A DNA stretch of 63,783 nt, filler included, from Stramenopiles sp. TOSAG23-2 (GCA_900128395.1; 31 parts of 31 records of this genome joined end to end with filler, not necessarily neighbours in it), one strand, 5' to 3'; positions 38,560 to 50,482 are shown, counted from the whole stretch's first letter. The notes: generated by a model not told the origin, from the sequence alone. Numbers and translations: made by a program.

Positions 38560-38969
38560 GAAAAAGAGGGAGAGGAAAGGAAAATAGGAAAGGTAAGAAG
38601 AAAAGAAAAGATATATAATGTATGTATATATATATACCATATGATAATATGTTGCGTTGTAAAAATGGAAAGTGTTTGTAACAAAGAGAGAAATATTGTC
38701 TCTTCATTATAGTACTGGAGATTGTGAAGTATTAGAAGGTATGATAAACGATAAGATTTTTATATTTTTATAAATAATCATATTATCTCATCACCTGAGA
38801 AAAAAGTGGTGAAATTTAAAAAAAACACGACGACACATGAAATATGTCATTTTATTTGCTTCATTAAAAATTAAAATTTTACAAACTTCGTAAAAAATAA
38901 TTGTGTGGGTGATAGACCAGGGGTGCTGACTTTTTAAAAAAAACACACAATTTCTTTTTTTTAACTTTT

Positions 38970-39169
38970 TTAACACAATTGTGTATTATCTGATAATTGT
39001 TCTGTCCATTTCAATGTATTATCACCTCCATCACTTTCCTCCTCCTCCTCCTCCTCCTCCTCAGCTTCCATCATTACCTTTCCTTCATCAATTCCATCGC
39101 CATTTTTTATTTGTAATTCATGCATATTCATCGTACGTTGCCTCCTTACTTCACGTTCTTTACGATAAT
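38970..39169 (-). CDS. 3' end of an unknown gene with a poly-Glu tract
   Basis: Minus frame open from the contig edge: YRKEREVRRQR...EAEEEEEEE..SDGG...TQLC*. Confidence 0.5.
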
Positions 39170-39590
39170 NNNNNNNNNNNNNNNNNNNNNNNNNNNNNNN
39201 NNNNNNNNNNNNNTTAATTAATTAANNNNNNNNNNNNNNNNNNNNNNNNNNNNNNNNNNNNNNNNNNNNATGAATTACTAAAATTTAGGTTGAAAATGTT
39301 GATTTTAATGAAATTTGAGGGAAAATATGCGAGATGTAATGGTATCCATATGTTACCTTATAATGCCTATAGGGCCACCACACATTTCAAGAGGCCAGCT
39401 GGCCAGAAGAAAAAAAAAGACGAAGAAGTATTTTTTACTAATAATACTGTAATACTACTATTACTTATTTATTATAAATATGAATGAGGATTAATTTTTA
39501 GACGACATCTAATAAATAATTAATCAGAACAGAAAACATGCAAATATATACAAAGCCATATTCTTTTGTGACGGGACGTAATTGTACAAG

Positions 39591-40652
39591 ATGGCAAATG
39601 TAGATAAACCACCGATTGAAATACTAGACTCACAAGATGGTATCTTGAAGTTTAAAATTTCACGGATAGATGTCTCAGTTGCAAATGCATTACGCCGTAC
39701 AATGATAGCGGAGGTGGAAACATTGGCAATTACAACTGTAACTATTGAGGAAAATTCTGGTGTATTACATGACGAATTTTTGGCACATCGCTTAGGTTTG
39801 GTACCGTTTAGACATGTGAGAGGTTTAGCAGGAATTAGAGAAATGAAGTTAAATCGTCTTTGTAATTGTCCAAGTAAATGTAATAATTGTACAATCGATT
39901 TAACTTGTAGTGTACGTTATGATCAAGGCCTAGGTTGGTTAGTGAATGGTTCCCAACCACATCGTGATTTGCAGACGGATCAGGCAGTATATCAACAAGG
40001 GATGGGGGAACCTCAACCATGCCATGACGATACGTTTGATGTGACTAGCCGGATGTTGTCGGTGGATAATACGGCTATGCATAGTGCTGTTCCAGCTCAT
40101 TATAGTTCAGAAGTGGAGGAGAAAGATAATCACGATAATGGAATACGTATAACAAAATTGAAAAAAGGTCAAAGTGTTAAATTTACTGCATATATACAAA
40201 AAGGAATTGGTAAACAACACGCAAAATGGATCCCTTGCTGTACTGCATCGTTCCAATACATCCCAATTATAAAATTAAACCAAGAGAGAATCAATGAATT
40301 GACGGATGTGGAACGTAAAAATTTTGCTTTGAGTTGTCCAACTCCAGTATTTGAGTATAACGAAACAACTGGTAGAGTGGAGGTCATCGATGAAATGGCA
40401 TATAGATTTGATGGTGAATGTTTAAAATATAGCGAAGCAATGAGAAAAAAAGCAGATGACGATCCATTGGTGACTATAAAGACAGTACCCGATACATTTA
40501 TTTTTAGCGTTGAAACAACAGGTGCTTTAACACCAAGCGAAGTTGTAAAGTCAGCATTCGAAAAGTTATCAGAGAAAATCAATAAAATCAATTATGAATT
40601 AGGTATAATGGACAAGCAGCATTCACAAAAATCAGGACAAATGATGATGTAA
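39591..40652 (+). CDS. RPB3: RNA polymerase II subunit RPB3
   Basis: SVANALRRTMIAEVETLAI, VLHDEFLAHRLGLVP, CNCxxxCxxC Zn motif, KGIGKQHAKW, FSVETTGAL. Confidence 0.9.
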   Translation: MANVDKPPIEILDSQDGILKFKISRIDVSVANALRRTMIAEVETLAITTVTIEENSGVLHDEFLAHRLGLVPFRHVRGLAGIREMKLNRLCNCPSKCNNCTIDLTCSVRYDQGLGWLVNGSQPHRDLQTDQAVYQQGMGEPQPCHDDTFDVTSRMLSVDNTAMHSAVPAHYSSEVEEKDNHDNGIRITKLKKGQSVKFTAYIQKGIGKQHAKWIPCCTASFQYIPIIKLNQERINELTDVERKNFALSCPTPVFEYNETTGRVEVIDEMAYRFDGECLKYSEAMRKKADDDPLVTIKTVPDTFIFSVETTGALTPSEVVKSAFEKLSEKINKINYELGIMDKQHSQKSGQMMM

Positions 40653-41058
40653 ATGTGAAGATGAGACATTTTACGTACGACGTACGAAGTATTCGTATTT
40701 AATATATTTTACTCTCGTATTTTTAAAATTTCTTGTGTTTTATTACCGCGGGGTTGTTGTACGTGTTTTACGATGTCGTATTTCGATGGGGGGAAATATA
40801 AAATTTTGTAGTGTTACGTATTATAAAAAATAATATATTTTACGAAATCGTATATTTAATTATTTATTAAAATATATAATATTATATATCATATCATACG
40901 AAGTATAATCATTAAAATAATAAATGAGTGCACGAGTATTTAAAATCATTTTTTTATTTGAGATGTTAACTTCCGGGAGTAAAAGAAATTTAATATGCAT
41001 ATAATTACATACGAGTAAGAGAAAATTATATATTATGATATATTATTGATATAAATAT

Positions 41059-41226
41059 GATCTTTATCCGGATAGTTACCGGTTGTTGTTCACAACAGGA
41101 TCTTTCACTTTGACAGCCTCACCGCTATCGAGTGAACCCGACGTCCAGCGCGTTCAACGTTCGAACATGTTGGAAGGATAGAAACCTACTTGTGCTTGTA
41201 GAGTATTAGTTTGCAGAGGTGCATTT
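41059..41226 (-). repeat. Dispersed structured element, copy A (longest; cut by the contig end)
   Basis: Shares its 3' module with 12002..12108, its core with 43791..43900 and a 25-mer with 10217..10241. Confidence 0.82.
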
Positions 41227-41326
41227 NNNNNNNNNNNNNNNNNNNNNNNNNNNNNNNNNNNNNNNNNNNNTTAATTAATTAANNNNNNNNNNNNNNNNNN
41301 NNNNNNNNNNNNNNNNNNNNNNNNNN

Positions 41327-42380
41327 GTGCAAAGAAAACAACTATATATGATGTAAAATCAAAGACAAAAATACATGAATTTATACATGATGTGTAACAA
41401 TATTTGATGTAAAATCAAAGACAAAAATACATGAATATAAACAAGAAGGTGACGTATATAGTGTATCATTTTCTCCAGATGATACTTTATTGGCAACTGG
41501 CGATAGTGCAAATAAAACAACTATATATGATGTAAAATCAAAGACAATAATGCGTGTATTTGAACACGATGATTCGGTAAACAGTGTATCATTTTCAAAT
41601 GATGGTAGATTATTAGCATCTGTAACAACGAAATTGGTCTACCCGTTACCACAACAAGAAATATTGGATGCAACAGCTCTCATCTTGTTATGGATTGGTA
41701 TTTTCAACAAAATTAGAGGATTTGAAAACTTCAGTGTCTTAATTACTACCTTTACTCAAATATTATCTGATATACGTTATTTTACGATCATGTTGGGAGT
41801 TTTAATATGTGCATTTGCAATGGCATTTAAACTTTTAGTGCGTGGGGAAGACATTTTTGATAATGTAGTAGCGATAGAATCAACTTATAATTTAATGTTT
41901 GGGATGACTGATTTAGATGTTTTTGTTGATTATGATAATAATGCCATATCAACTGCTGCAAGAGTGTTCGTAGCATTTTTCTTGTTTCTAGTAGTAATTG
42001 TAATGTTAAATATGTTAATTGCAATTATGGCAGATTCATTTGATAATGTACAATCAAATTTAAAAATACAATCGTTTCGTGCCAAAGCAAACGTTTGTGC
42101 TGATTTATTAATAGATTTCAGTGCAGGATATTCATTGTTTAAACAAAAATGCTTGCATATCTGCACGATAAAGGATGAAGCAGGTGAAAGTGCACTTATG
42201 AGTGGTCAAACTCAATGGGAAGGGAGGTTAAAAGCGGTGAAAAAGGAAATTAAAGAGAGTAATGTGAAAATGGATGCTAGGATGAATGAGATGAAAGCTG
42301 AGATGAATGAGATGGGCGCTAAGATGGACGAGATGAACGCGAGAATGGACAAAATATTGGAAGCTGTTTTAAAAAAATAA
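41327..42380 (+). CDS. WD40-repeat / TRP-like ion channel fragment (5' part disrupted, probable internal deletion)
   Basis: WD40 repeats (VYSVSFSPD, VNSVSFSNDG) joined directly to S4-S6-like segments and IVMLNMLIAIMADSFDNV, then a coiled coil. Confidence 0.7.
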
Positions 42381-42451
42381 TTTTAAAAATATTTACGAGC
42401 GTAAAAATTGCACGAATACATCTTTCTCTCTCTCTCCCTACCACGTTTATT

Positions 42452-43283
42452 TTACCCTTTGATAACGCTGGGTAAATTTTTCCATACAGCAATGCCTGCA
42501 CCAATCATTCCAAATATACCATCCCATGTTTGACCAATAAATGGTATCCTAAAGCCAAATAAATGCCCTCGTTTACTTGATGTCATAATAAAATAACAAC
42601 ATACGCGAATAAGCATTAAAAAATGAAATTTACGAATAGCACGTAACCTAAATTCTTTTTGATCGAAAATTGCAAGTTCATCATCCTCGAATTCCCCTCC
42701 ACCTTCCTCTTCCGTATCATGTACGGTAATGACATGATCATCAATGATATTGTCTTTTATTTCTTCATTTGCTTTTTCGTCATCAAGTTGTTTCAAATAC
42801 GCTTTTTTTTCTTCAATATGTACACGTATATCGTTTGTTAAATTTAATACCCAACGTGTTTCACATATGATACTTAAGAAACAACGTACTAATGAGAATT
42901 GATTTTTTTGAGCTTTTAAATTTGCAAGAAATTCAACTTCCCCAGGCACTGATTTTTGACCATATCGGACTAATAAATCATCATTCGTCAGCGTTTCCCA
43001 GCGATATAAAATCTTGCTAATAAATAAACGATTATCAACGAAATGGTATCCAAATGCAACCGTATGCATTGCAACTTCTAACCAACGAATGATGAAGTCT
43101 GAAATGGTAGTATATGCACTACGTGTTTTTTCAATCTCAACGATCCATTTGCCCAATTTAAAACCTTTCCTTGTATCTTTGATCCAATCCTCAATCGTGC
43201 GATAATACAAATAAATATGTGGAAGGTTATGGTCTTCCCCTAATACACCTTGACGAAATACAAAAAATGATTGTGCAAACGCC
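42452..43283 (-). CDS. PEX11: Peroxin PEX11-family protein, 5' truncated
   Basis: TRKGFKLGKWI amphipathic motif and C-terminal GIFGMIGAGIAVWK. Confidence 0.65.
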
Positions 43284-43790
43284 NNNNNNNNNNNNNNNNN
43301 NNNNNNNNNNNNNNNNNNNNNNNNNNNTTAATTAATTAANNNNNNNNNNNNNNNNNNNNNNNNNNNNNNNNNNNNNNNNNNNNCTGATCCAAAACAATTC
43401 ACGTAATATTTAAATATTTTGAGAGATATATATTTTAAAGAATATGTATATGATCTCGGTTAAATTTTACGAAGTAAGTTTTATTAACTAATATATAATA
43501 TATGATATAGTGAGATAGATATCATATTATTTGTTGATATTCTTTCTTCTGCTGGAGAGTATGATATGCATATTTGATATACAAATATATCATGACAATA
43601 TACAAGATCATAGGACAATTATCATGAGTAAATTAAAAAATACGACGTCGTAAGTTTTAAACGCACATTAATTATACACACAAATATTTTTTTACGAAGA
43701 GTATAAAAAAATGTACACACACATCATTTTAAAATATTTAAACTCTATCAATTGGTACGCGTATATGATATTTTTATAAATAATTATAAT

Positions 43791-43900
43791 GACTTCCCGG
43801 TTCCCGGTGTCCCGTGGTACCACCAATCGACAGCCTCACCGTTTTCGAATGAACCCGGCGTCCAGCCCTTTCAACAAACCGACATGGAACTCTCTTGTTT
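43791..43900 (-). repeat. Dispersed structured element, copy C (variant 3' module)
   Basis: gacagcctcaccg.t.tcga.tgaacccg.cgtccagc.c.ttcaac core shared with 41114..41158. Confidence 0.8.
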
Positions 43901-43917
43901 ATATCTTTTATATCTCG

Positions 43918-44717
43918 CTATATTCTCGCACATTCGCCACCTCCTGAATTTTGCAATAACCTTCTTCTTCTAGATAAAGAGTTTTTAATGTCATAATGCG
44001 TTCCTGTCAACACAATATCTTTTGAATAATGTTTACCCCGTTTGTCTATCAACTTGGTCAACCCTCCTTTATCACATATGCTTTGACATTGCTCATAATC
44101 TTTCAAACCATCACAGCAATCACCATTATCTATATAAGCTTTAACAACAGTTTTTGCACCAATTAAATACTTTCGCACTTTACAATATGGCAATTCACTT
44201 TGTAACCATTTTTACTCTGTGTATTAAGATTGACTACTGCAACCCATTCTTTTTTTTTTTTACCTAATGTATCCATATTAACTTGTTGTATGGAAATATC
44301 TTCAGCTTCAAACAATTTCGAAGGACATGATGTATCTTGGACATCATACCGTACTTTCTTCTCTAAGCTAAACATCTGTATATCATTGAATGAAATACAT
44401 CCTCTTAAATAATGCACTGCAATATTTTTAATGCCTGTGTCGAAGCGAGGGTTATACACTTTACAAAATGTTGTTTTCTTTTCTACTAATTCAGTGTGAC
44501 TAAACTTCGACCCACCAGTACACTTTCCCTTTTTTTCCTGCGATGGCTTTGATTTCATTATTGTACCAATATTATTCATATTTCCCTTCCCTAAACGATT
44601 TGATGTCAACAATTGGCGCTGCTCAAATGATTTTTCAACTGTTTCTAAAAACGACGCTTCTTGCGCTGGAAGTTTTACTTGATAAAGACTTTCGATCAAA
44701 TTGTAAAAATTTGTCAT
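43918..44717 (-). CDS. C-terminal part of a Cys-rich secreted protein, frameshift near 44195
   Basis: Two overlapping ORFs join at KV/ELPYC; ends with an SRRRRLLQ processing-like motif. Confidence 0.55.
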
Positions 44718-45437
44718 AGCATGTTTATATGGTATAAATAATTCACATATTGGAAAATAAATTAAGAATGCCTAATAGTACATATAAGGAACGGACTTTA
44801 GAATATTATATTGATGTTAAGGATATGTACGCTTCATTTACTACAACCTCTGTTGAAGAAATGATGAATCTATAATCTATGGCTGGTAGATCACCATGGG
44901 TATATATAAATAGAATAAAGCTGTCCAAAAAAAATAATTTTCGTAGAATATAGAATTTGGTTTGATAGGGATATACGGGTAAATTATACTTAAAGTAATG
45001 AAATTAGTTATTTATCGATTTCTCTCAGGAAAGGTCACTCTACAGATTGTCCGGGTCATATAAAAAATTAAAAACTATTTAAGTTAAAGTTAGAAAATAA
45101 CTAAGCAAAACTCAGCTAGATGCCTGCACGGGATGAATTCTGTACCAAATTTAGCAATAGCTCTAATTTGTCCATTACTTCTTTGTTCTGCAATTTCAAT
45201 TTTTTTGTTTCATTCTCATACTGATGCCCTTTTATATTTATATTTAAGCTTTTCTAAAAGATGAATTTTCTTTTTTGTATCGTCCAATACATTCAAAACC
45301 ATTCCACATACTAATACATAACACACTGGAAACAGATNNNNNNNNNNNNNNNNNNNNNNNNNNNNNNNNNNNNNNNNNNNNTTAATTAATTAANNNNNNN
45401 NNNNNNNNNNNNNNNNNNNNNNNNNNNNNNNNNNNNN

Positions 45438-46075
45438 CTGGCCATTCAGATGTTGCACTGAAAATTGCCACTAGTGTTGAATATCCAAGCTGGGGTTATA
45501 TGCTTCCTAGTTCAATACACCCAGCAGGTCAAGGAGAAGGAACGCTTTGGGAACGGTGGAAAGGAGATAAACATACAGGTTTTGGTTCTAGAAATCATAT
45601 CATGTTGGGTGGCTTTGACGGTCCATTTTTTTATGGAAATTTAGCAGGAATCCAAAACGATGGAATAGCATGGTCTAATATTTTAATTGCACCAACAGTT
45701 GCTGGCGATCTTTCAGGTGTGACAGCTTCTGTAGCTACTATACGTGGATTAATTAGCGTAAAATGGAATGTACTGGAAGACGCCGTTGGTAAATTTCTTA
45801 TTAATGTCACTGTACCACATGGAACAACTGGTGTAATACACCTGCCTATTTTACAAGAAAAGAATAATAACATTACAGCAAATGATGTAAATGTATTGGA
45901 AGGCGGAATTTGTTTTTGGAAAGCAAAAGTTGGATATATAAGTGAAAGTGTCCCAGGTATTGATATGGCTAAATCTGGTTCAAATCTTGCAGGAAAATTT
46001 ATTGAAGTGATTATTCAATCTGGTACATATGAATTTGATCTTACTGTGGTGGCGAAAGATTATTTAAAAATTTGA
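45438..46075 (+). CDS. Alpha-L-rhamnosidase (GH78) C-terminal fragment
   Basis: YPSWGYML, TLWERW, SRNHIMLGG, ATIRGLISVKW, SGTYEF. Confidence 0.85.
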
Positions 46076-46753
46076 ATACTACAGACATATACATATTATA
46101 TACTCTGCGCTTGCCAGAGTCTGCGCTTGCCAGAGTACATATATTATATGTGTATATGTGTGTGTGTGAGTATAAAGAAAAAAAATTAAGAAAATGAAAA
46201 TAAAATAAATTTAAAAAAAATACGAAAAAATATTTCTGGAGATTATTTGTTGATTGGCACACATTGTGTGTTGTAAAACATTTAACTAAATATAATTCTG
46301 TATAAACGAGAGGTAAATATGTATATATAGATTTAAGATTAAAAATCCACCCCCCCCAATATCTTCTTACATTTTTTTTCTAATGATATTCCTATGCTAT
46401 ATTAATACCGGTATATACCGGTATTAATATAGCATAGGAATATCATTAGAAAAAAAATGTAAGAAGATATGGGGGGGGGTGGATTTTTAATCTTAAATCT
46501 ATATATACATATTTACCTCTCGTTTATACAGAATTATATTTAGTTAAATGTTTTACAACACACAATGTGTGCCAATCAACAAATAATCTCCAGAAATATT
46601 TTTTCGTATTTTTTTTAAATTTATTTTATTTTCATTTTCTTAATTTTTTTTCTTTATACTCACACACACACATATACACATATAATATATGTACTCTGGC
46701 AAGCGCAGACTCTGGCAAGCGCAGAGTATATAATATGTATATGTCTGTAGTAT

Positions 46754-47391
46754 TCAAATTTTTAAATAATCTTTCGCCACCACAGTAAGATCAAATTCAT
46801 ATGTACCAGATTGAATAATCACTTCAATAAATTTTCCTGCAAGATTTGAACCAGATTTAGCCATATCAATACCTGGGACACTTTCACTTATATATCCAAC
46901 TTTTGCTTTCCAAAAACAAATTCCGCCTTCCAATACATTTACATCATTTGCTGTAATGTTATTATTCTTTTCTTGTAAAATAGGCAGGTGTATTACACCA
47001 GTTGTTCCATGTGGTACAGTGACATTAATAAGAAATTTACCAACGGCGTCTTCCAGTACATTCCATTTTACGCTAATTAATCCACGTATAGTAGCTACAG
47101 AAGCTGTCACACCTGAAAGATCGCCAGCAACTGTTGGTGCAATTAAAATATTAGACCATGCTATTCCATCGTTTTGGATTCCTGCTAAATTTCCATAAAA
47201 AAATGGACCGTCAAAGCCACCCAACATGATATGATTTCTAGAACCAAAACCTGTATGTTTATCTCCTTTCCACCGTTCCCAAAGCGTTCCTTCTCCTTGA
47301 CCTGCTGGGTGTATTGAACTAGGAAGCATATAACCCCAGCTTGGATATTCAACACTAGTGGCAATTTTCAGTGCAACATCTGAATGGCTAT
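46754..47391 (-). CDS. Inverted identical copy of the GH78 fragment
   Basis: Identical translation; part of the whole-contig palindrome. Confidence 0.5.
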
Positions 47392-47655
47392 NNNNNNNNN
47401 NNNNNNNNNNNNNNNNNNNNNNNNNNNNNNNNNNNTTAATTAATTAANNNNNNNNNNNNNNNNNNNNNNNNNNNNNNNNNNNNNNNNNNNNAGTATTTAT
47501 TATAATATTAATACTTCAATACACACTAACACTTCTGTGTGGTATTTAGTATATTAAAATTAAAATACAACAACGACACAACAACGACTCGACTGTATTT
47601 TTTTACGACACATTATTTATATTAATATTATTAATATGAATACTTTTCGATGAAG

Positions 47656-49443
47656 TCCGGCCACCCCACCACACCCCCCCCACACCGCACACGAAAAAAA
47701 ATTCACAAAATAATGGTCGAAATGGTGAAATGTTGAAATGTCGTCGAAAATAGCAATGAAAATATGAAATATGATGTACTATTTATTTATATTAAAATAT
47801 TAGAGATATATACAGACGATATACCCATTATTGCACTATTTATTTATATATATAGAAATATATTATAGCTATATAGATATAAGAGATAGAGAGATAGTAA
47901 TATTGTTGTATTCGACGAGACGGCGATATATTGTATATATATTGATGGTGTAGTTTGTTTTGAACAAGTATTACCTCGAAGATACATTTATTATATATAT
48001 ATATATATATATATAATGTACATACAATTTTATGGTTTATGTAATATTTGATAATCGTTTAAAATAACTGTTAGAGGTGCATGGTGCGTACTGTAAGATC
48101 CGTTTGCCATTGTTTACATTCGTTACCTAATCAGAGGAATCGTAAGATTTAAACATTTACTTAATTTGACATATACCGTTTAAACTGTATTAATATTCAT
48201 ATATGTATATTGCATTTTCGTTTATTTATATTACGTGAATTATAATAAAGTTTATTTGACACAGATACAATAAATATGAAAATTCAAAAAATAATTACGT
48301 ACATGAGAGATAAAAATACGTGCTTCGTATGAGTGTACGAAATTATACATTTATTTTAATATTTAAGACGCAGTTTTTACAAAAAAGCACATTTAAATTC
48401 AATCAATTTCTCAAAGTGTACGAAATTATACATTTATTTTAATATTTAAGACGCAGTTTTTACAAAAAAGCACATTTAAATTCAATCAATTTCTCAAACA
48501 TATATAATATATGAACCAGTAATAGTAGCGAGGTTTGCACAAAATTTTTAAATACAAAAAACGTATCTTACACTCTAGCTTGGTCTATGCATTTTACTTC
48601 TCTAATTTGATCTTCATTGTGCGGGTAATAAATTTTTAATCTCAACGTCCTTCGACGCAGTCCCAGTTTCACGATATATATTTCCAATTGCAAATAATAT
48701 CAATTCCATTTTCTGATCTTTAAGTGGTATACGCACTACGCAACGCAAACTAAATAGCATAACTTAAAGAAATATAGAACGTTTTGTAGAACGTTTCATG
48801 TACGTCTGGCAGTATTATTATGATAGATTCCATCCAAGAGTTTCGACTCGCTTTATGACCTTTAATTTCAGATTCTAATTAAACTTCTAAAGCAGATCAA
48901 CTCATTTCTTTATTTTTAATTACGCAACAGCTTGATCTCTTCCTTCAGCAATTTGTCTTCACTGACAAGTGCCTCGTATACAGCTCCGTTCGGAGAAAAT
49001 TGCATGTTCAATTGTTTGGGTTGAGTGGTTTACTTAGACTAATTTAACAATGATACTATTTATATTATCTCCACATCGGATTTTTATATAATTATATGTA
49101 TATGTTTACATTTATACATTGAATATATGATAATATTAATATATCTAATACATCTCTTAATACATCTCTTAATATATATCTTATAGTATATATTATGTAT
49201 ATCTGTATTATATGTCTAATTATATCTATAATTTCAATAATATATTTCTATATATATAAATAAATAGTGCAATAATAATATTTTATATCATATATATAGA
49301 ATATATTAGTATGTGCGATTTTCATATTTTTTCATTGCTATTTTCGACGACATTTGCACATTTCAACATTTCACCATTTCGACCATTTTTTTGTGAATTT
49401 TTTTTCGTGTGGTGTGTGGGGGGGGTGTGGTGGGGTGGCCGGA
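47656..49443. mobile_element. Putative non-autonomous DNA transposon with ~210-bp imperfect TIRs
   Basis: TCCGGCCACCCCACCACACCCCCCCACAC... at 47656 is inverted at 49443; similarity continues to ~47866/49237 with several indels; no intact internal ORF. Confidence 0.7.
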
Positions 49444-49870
49444 NNNNNNNNNNNNNNNNNNNNNNNNNNNNNNNNNNNNNNNNNNNNTTAATTAATTAAN
49501 NNNNNNNNNNNNNNNNNNNNNNNNNNNNNNNNNNNNNNNNNNNAAAATATGTTTAGATAATATAATTGTCAATTTTATAATATATTATAAATATCTTTGT
49601 ATGTAATATTTTCATTTAAAATAATATCTTTTTCCATTTGATGTATCAATTTCATCAAAATACTTCTATAACTTGTGCAATTCTAACATAAATTTGCATC
49701 ATTTATTTAGTGCCGGATGAAGCAAAAATACACAAATTATAAGGTGAAATGATGAAATATCACATTACGATGTAATAGGCCTGAAAATATTTATATGATA
49801 GGACTTGTTAGAGTATGAATTGTGATGGTTCGCCAAATTTAGCATGGACACAGCAGGATCTCTACCTACC

Positions 49871-50482
49871 TCAGCAGACTCTTTCTTTCGAAAGAGTCTG
49901 ACGACGCAGACTACCAATGTATGTAATCATGCCATAAAAAACCTTATACTTATTATAAGCAACACGAAATGTGACAGTATCTCTATACGTAATCTTGCCC
50001 GGGCCGTGTTTTTTTCCATTCTTAAAGTCATATTCTGTACGATCCTTGTCACTATATATAATTTTTTGTTGTCCATTTTTAGTAGGTATAATAATACTTT
50101 TACAAGATGTGGTTGACAGTCCCAACAATTGTGGATTATGAAGTATATTTTTATCACTATATCGAAGTGTTTTCTTACTTCGAATATTTGCAATTTCTCC
50201 ATCAGGCACCCCATCATTATTTTTGGACCCATATTGTCTTTTTTTTTTGTGTGTACCCACCCACCTCCAGAGTCCTCTCTGATCGCGCCGCCATCCTTTG
50301 TCGTAGCTTCCTCTTCTACCAGCATGCTTAATGCCAGAATGGTGTTTTCTCACAGCTTCTCTATTTTTATAATTTTTGATGAGAAGATCCTCTTTCAGCT
50401 TTTTCTTTTTTGCTCGACATTTACGCTGTCTATCTCTAGCTTTCTCTCTTTTCTTTCTTTTTTTCTCTTCGATTGTATCCAT
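49871..50482 (-). CDS. Basic hypothetical protein (basic bZIP-like N-terminus, MORN-like segment)
   Basis: KREKARDRQRKCRAKKKK; YDFKNGKKHGPGKITY; no clear family. Confidence 0.4.
   Translation of the reverse strand: MDTIEEKKRKKREKARDRQRKCRAKKKKLKEDLLIKNYKNREAVRKHHSGIKHAGRRGSYDKGWRRDQRGLWRWVGTHKKKRQYGSKNNDGVPDGEIANIRSKKTLRYSDKNILHNPQLLGLSTTSCKSIIIPTKNGQQKIIYSDKDRTEYDFKNGKKHGPGKITYRDTVTFRVAYNKYKVFYGMITYIGSLRRQTLSKERVC

Larger units (their letters stand above)
45438..47391. repeat. Whole-contig palindrome centred at 46414/46415
   Basis: CCGGTAT|ATACCGG centre with no spacer; arms reverse-complementary out to the last few bases. Confidence 0.97.

Noticed and set aside
43784-43870. Minus-strand translation GWTPGSFENGEAVDWWYHGTPGTGKSL resembling a CRESS-virus Rep Walker A
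   Set aside because: It is bounded by stops on both sides, has no Walker B or RCR motifs, and the related copies A and B do not encode it. It is probably coincidental, though a tBLASTn check is cheap.
49898-49970. CTGACGA...GAAA as a hammerhead ribozyme core
   Set aside because: CTG is sequestered in the adjacent stem, and there is no NUH cleavage triplet or stem II/III in the right positions.
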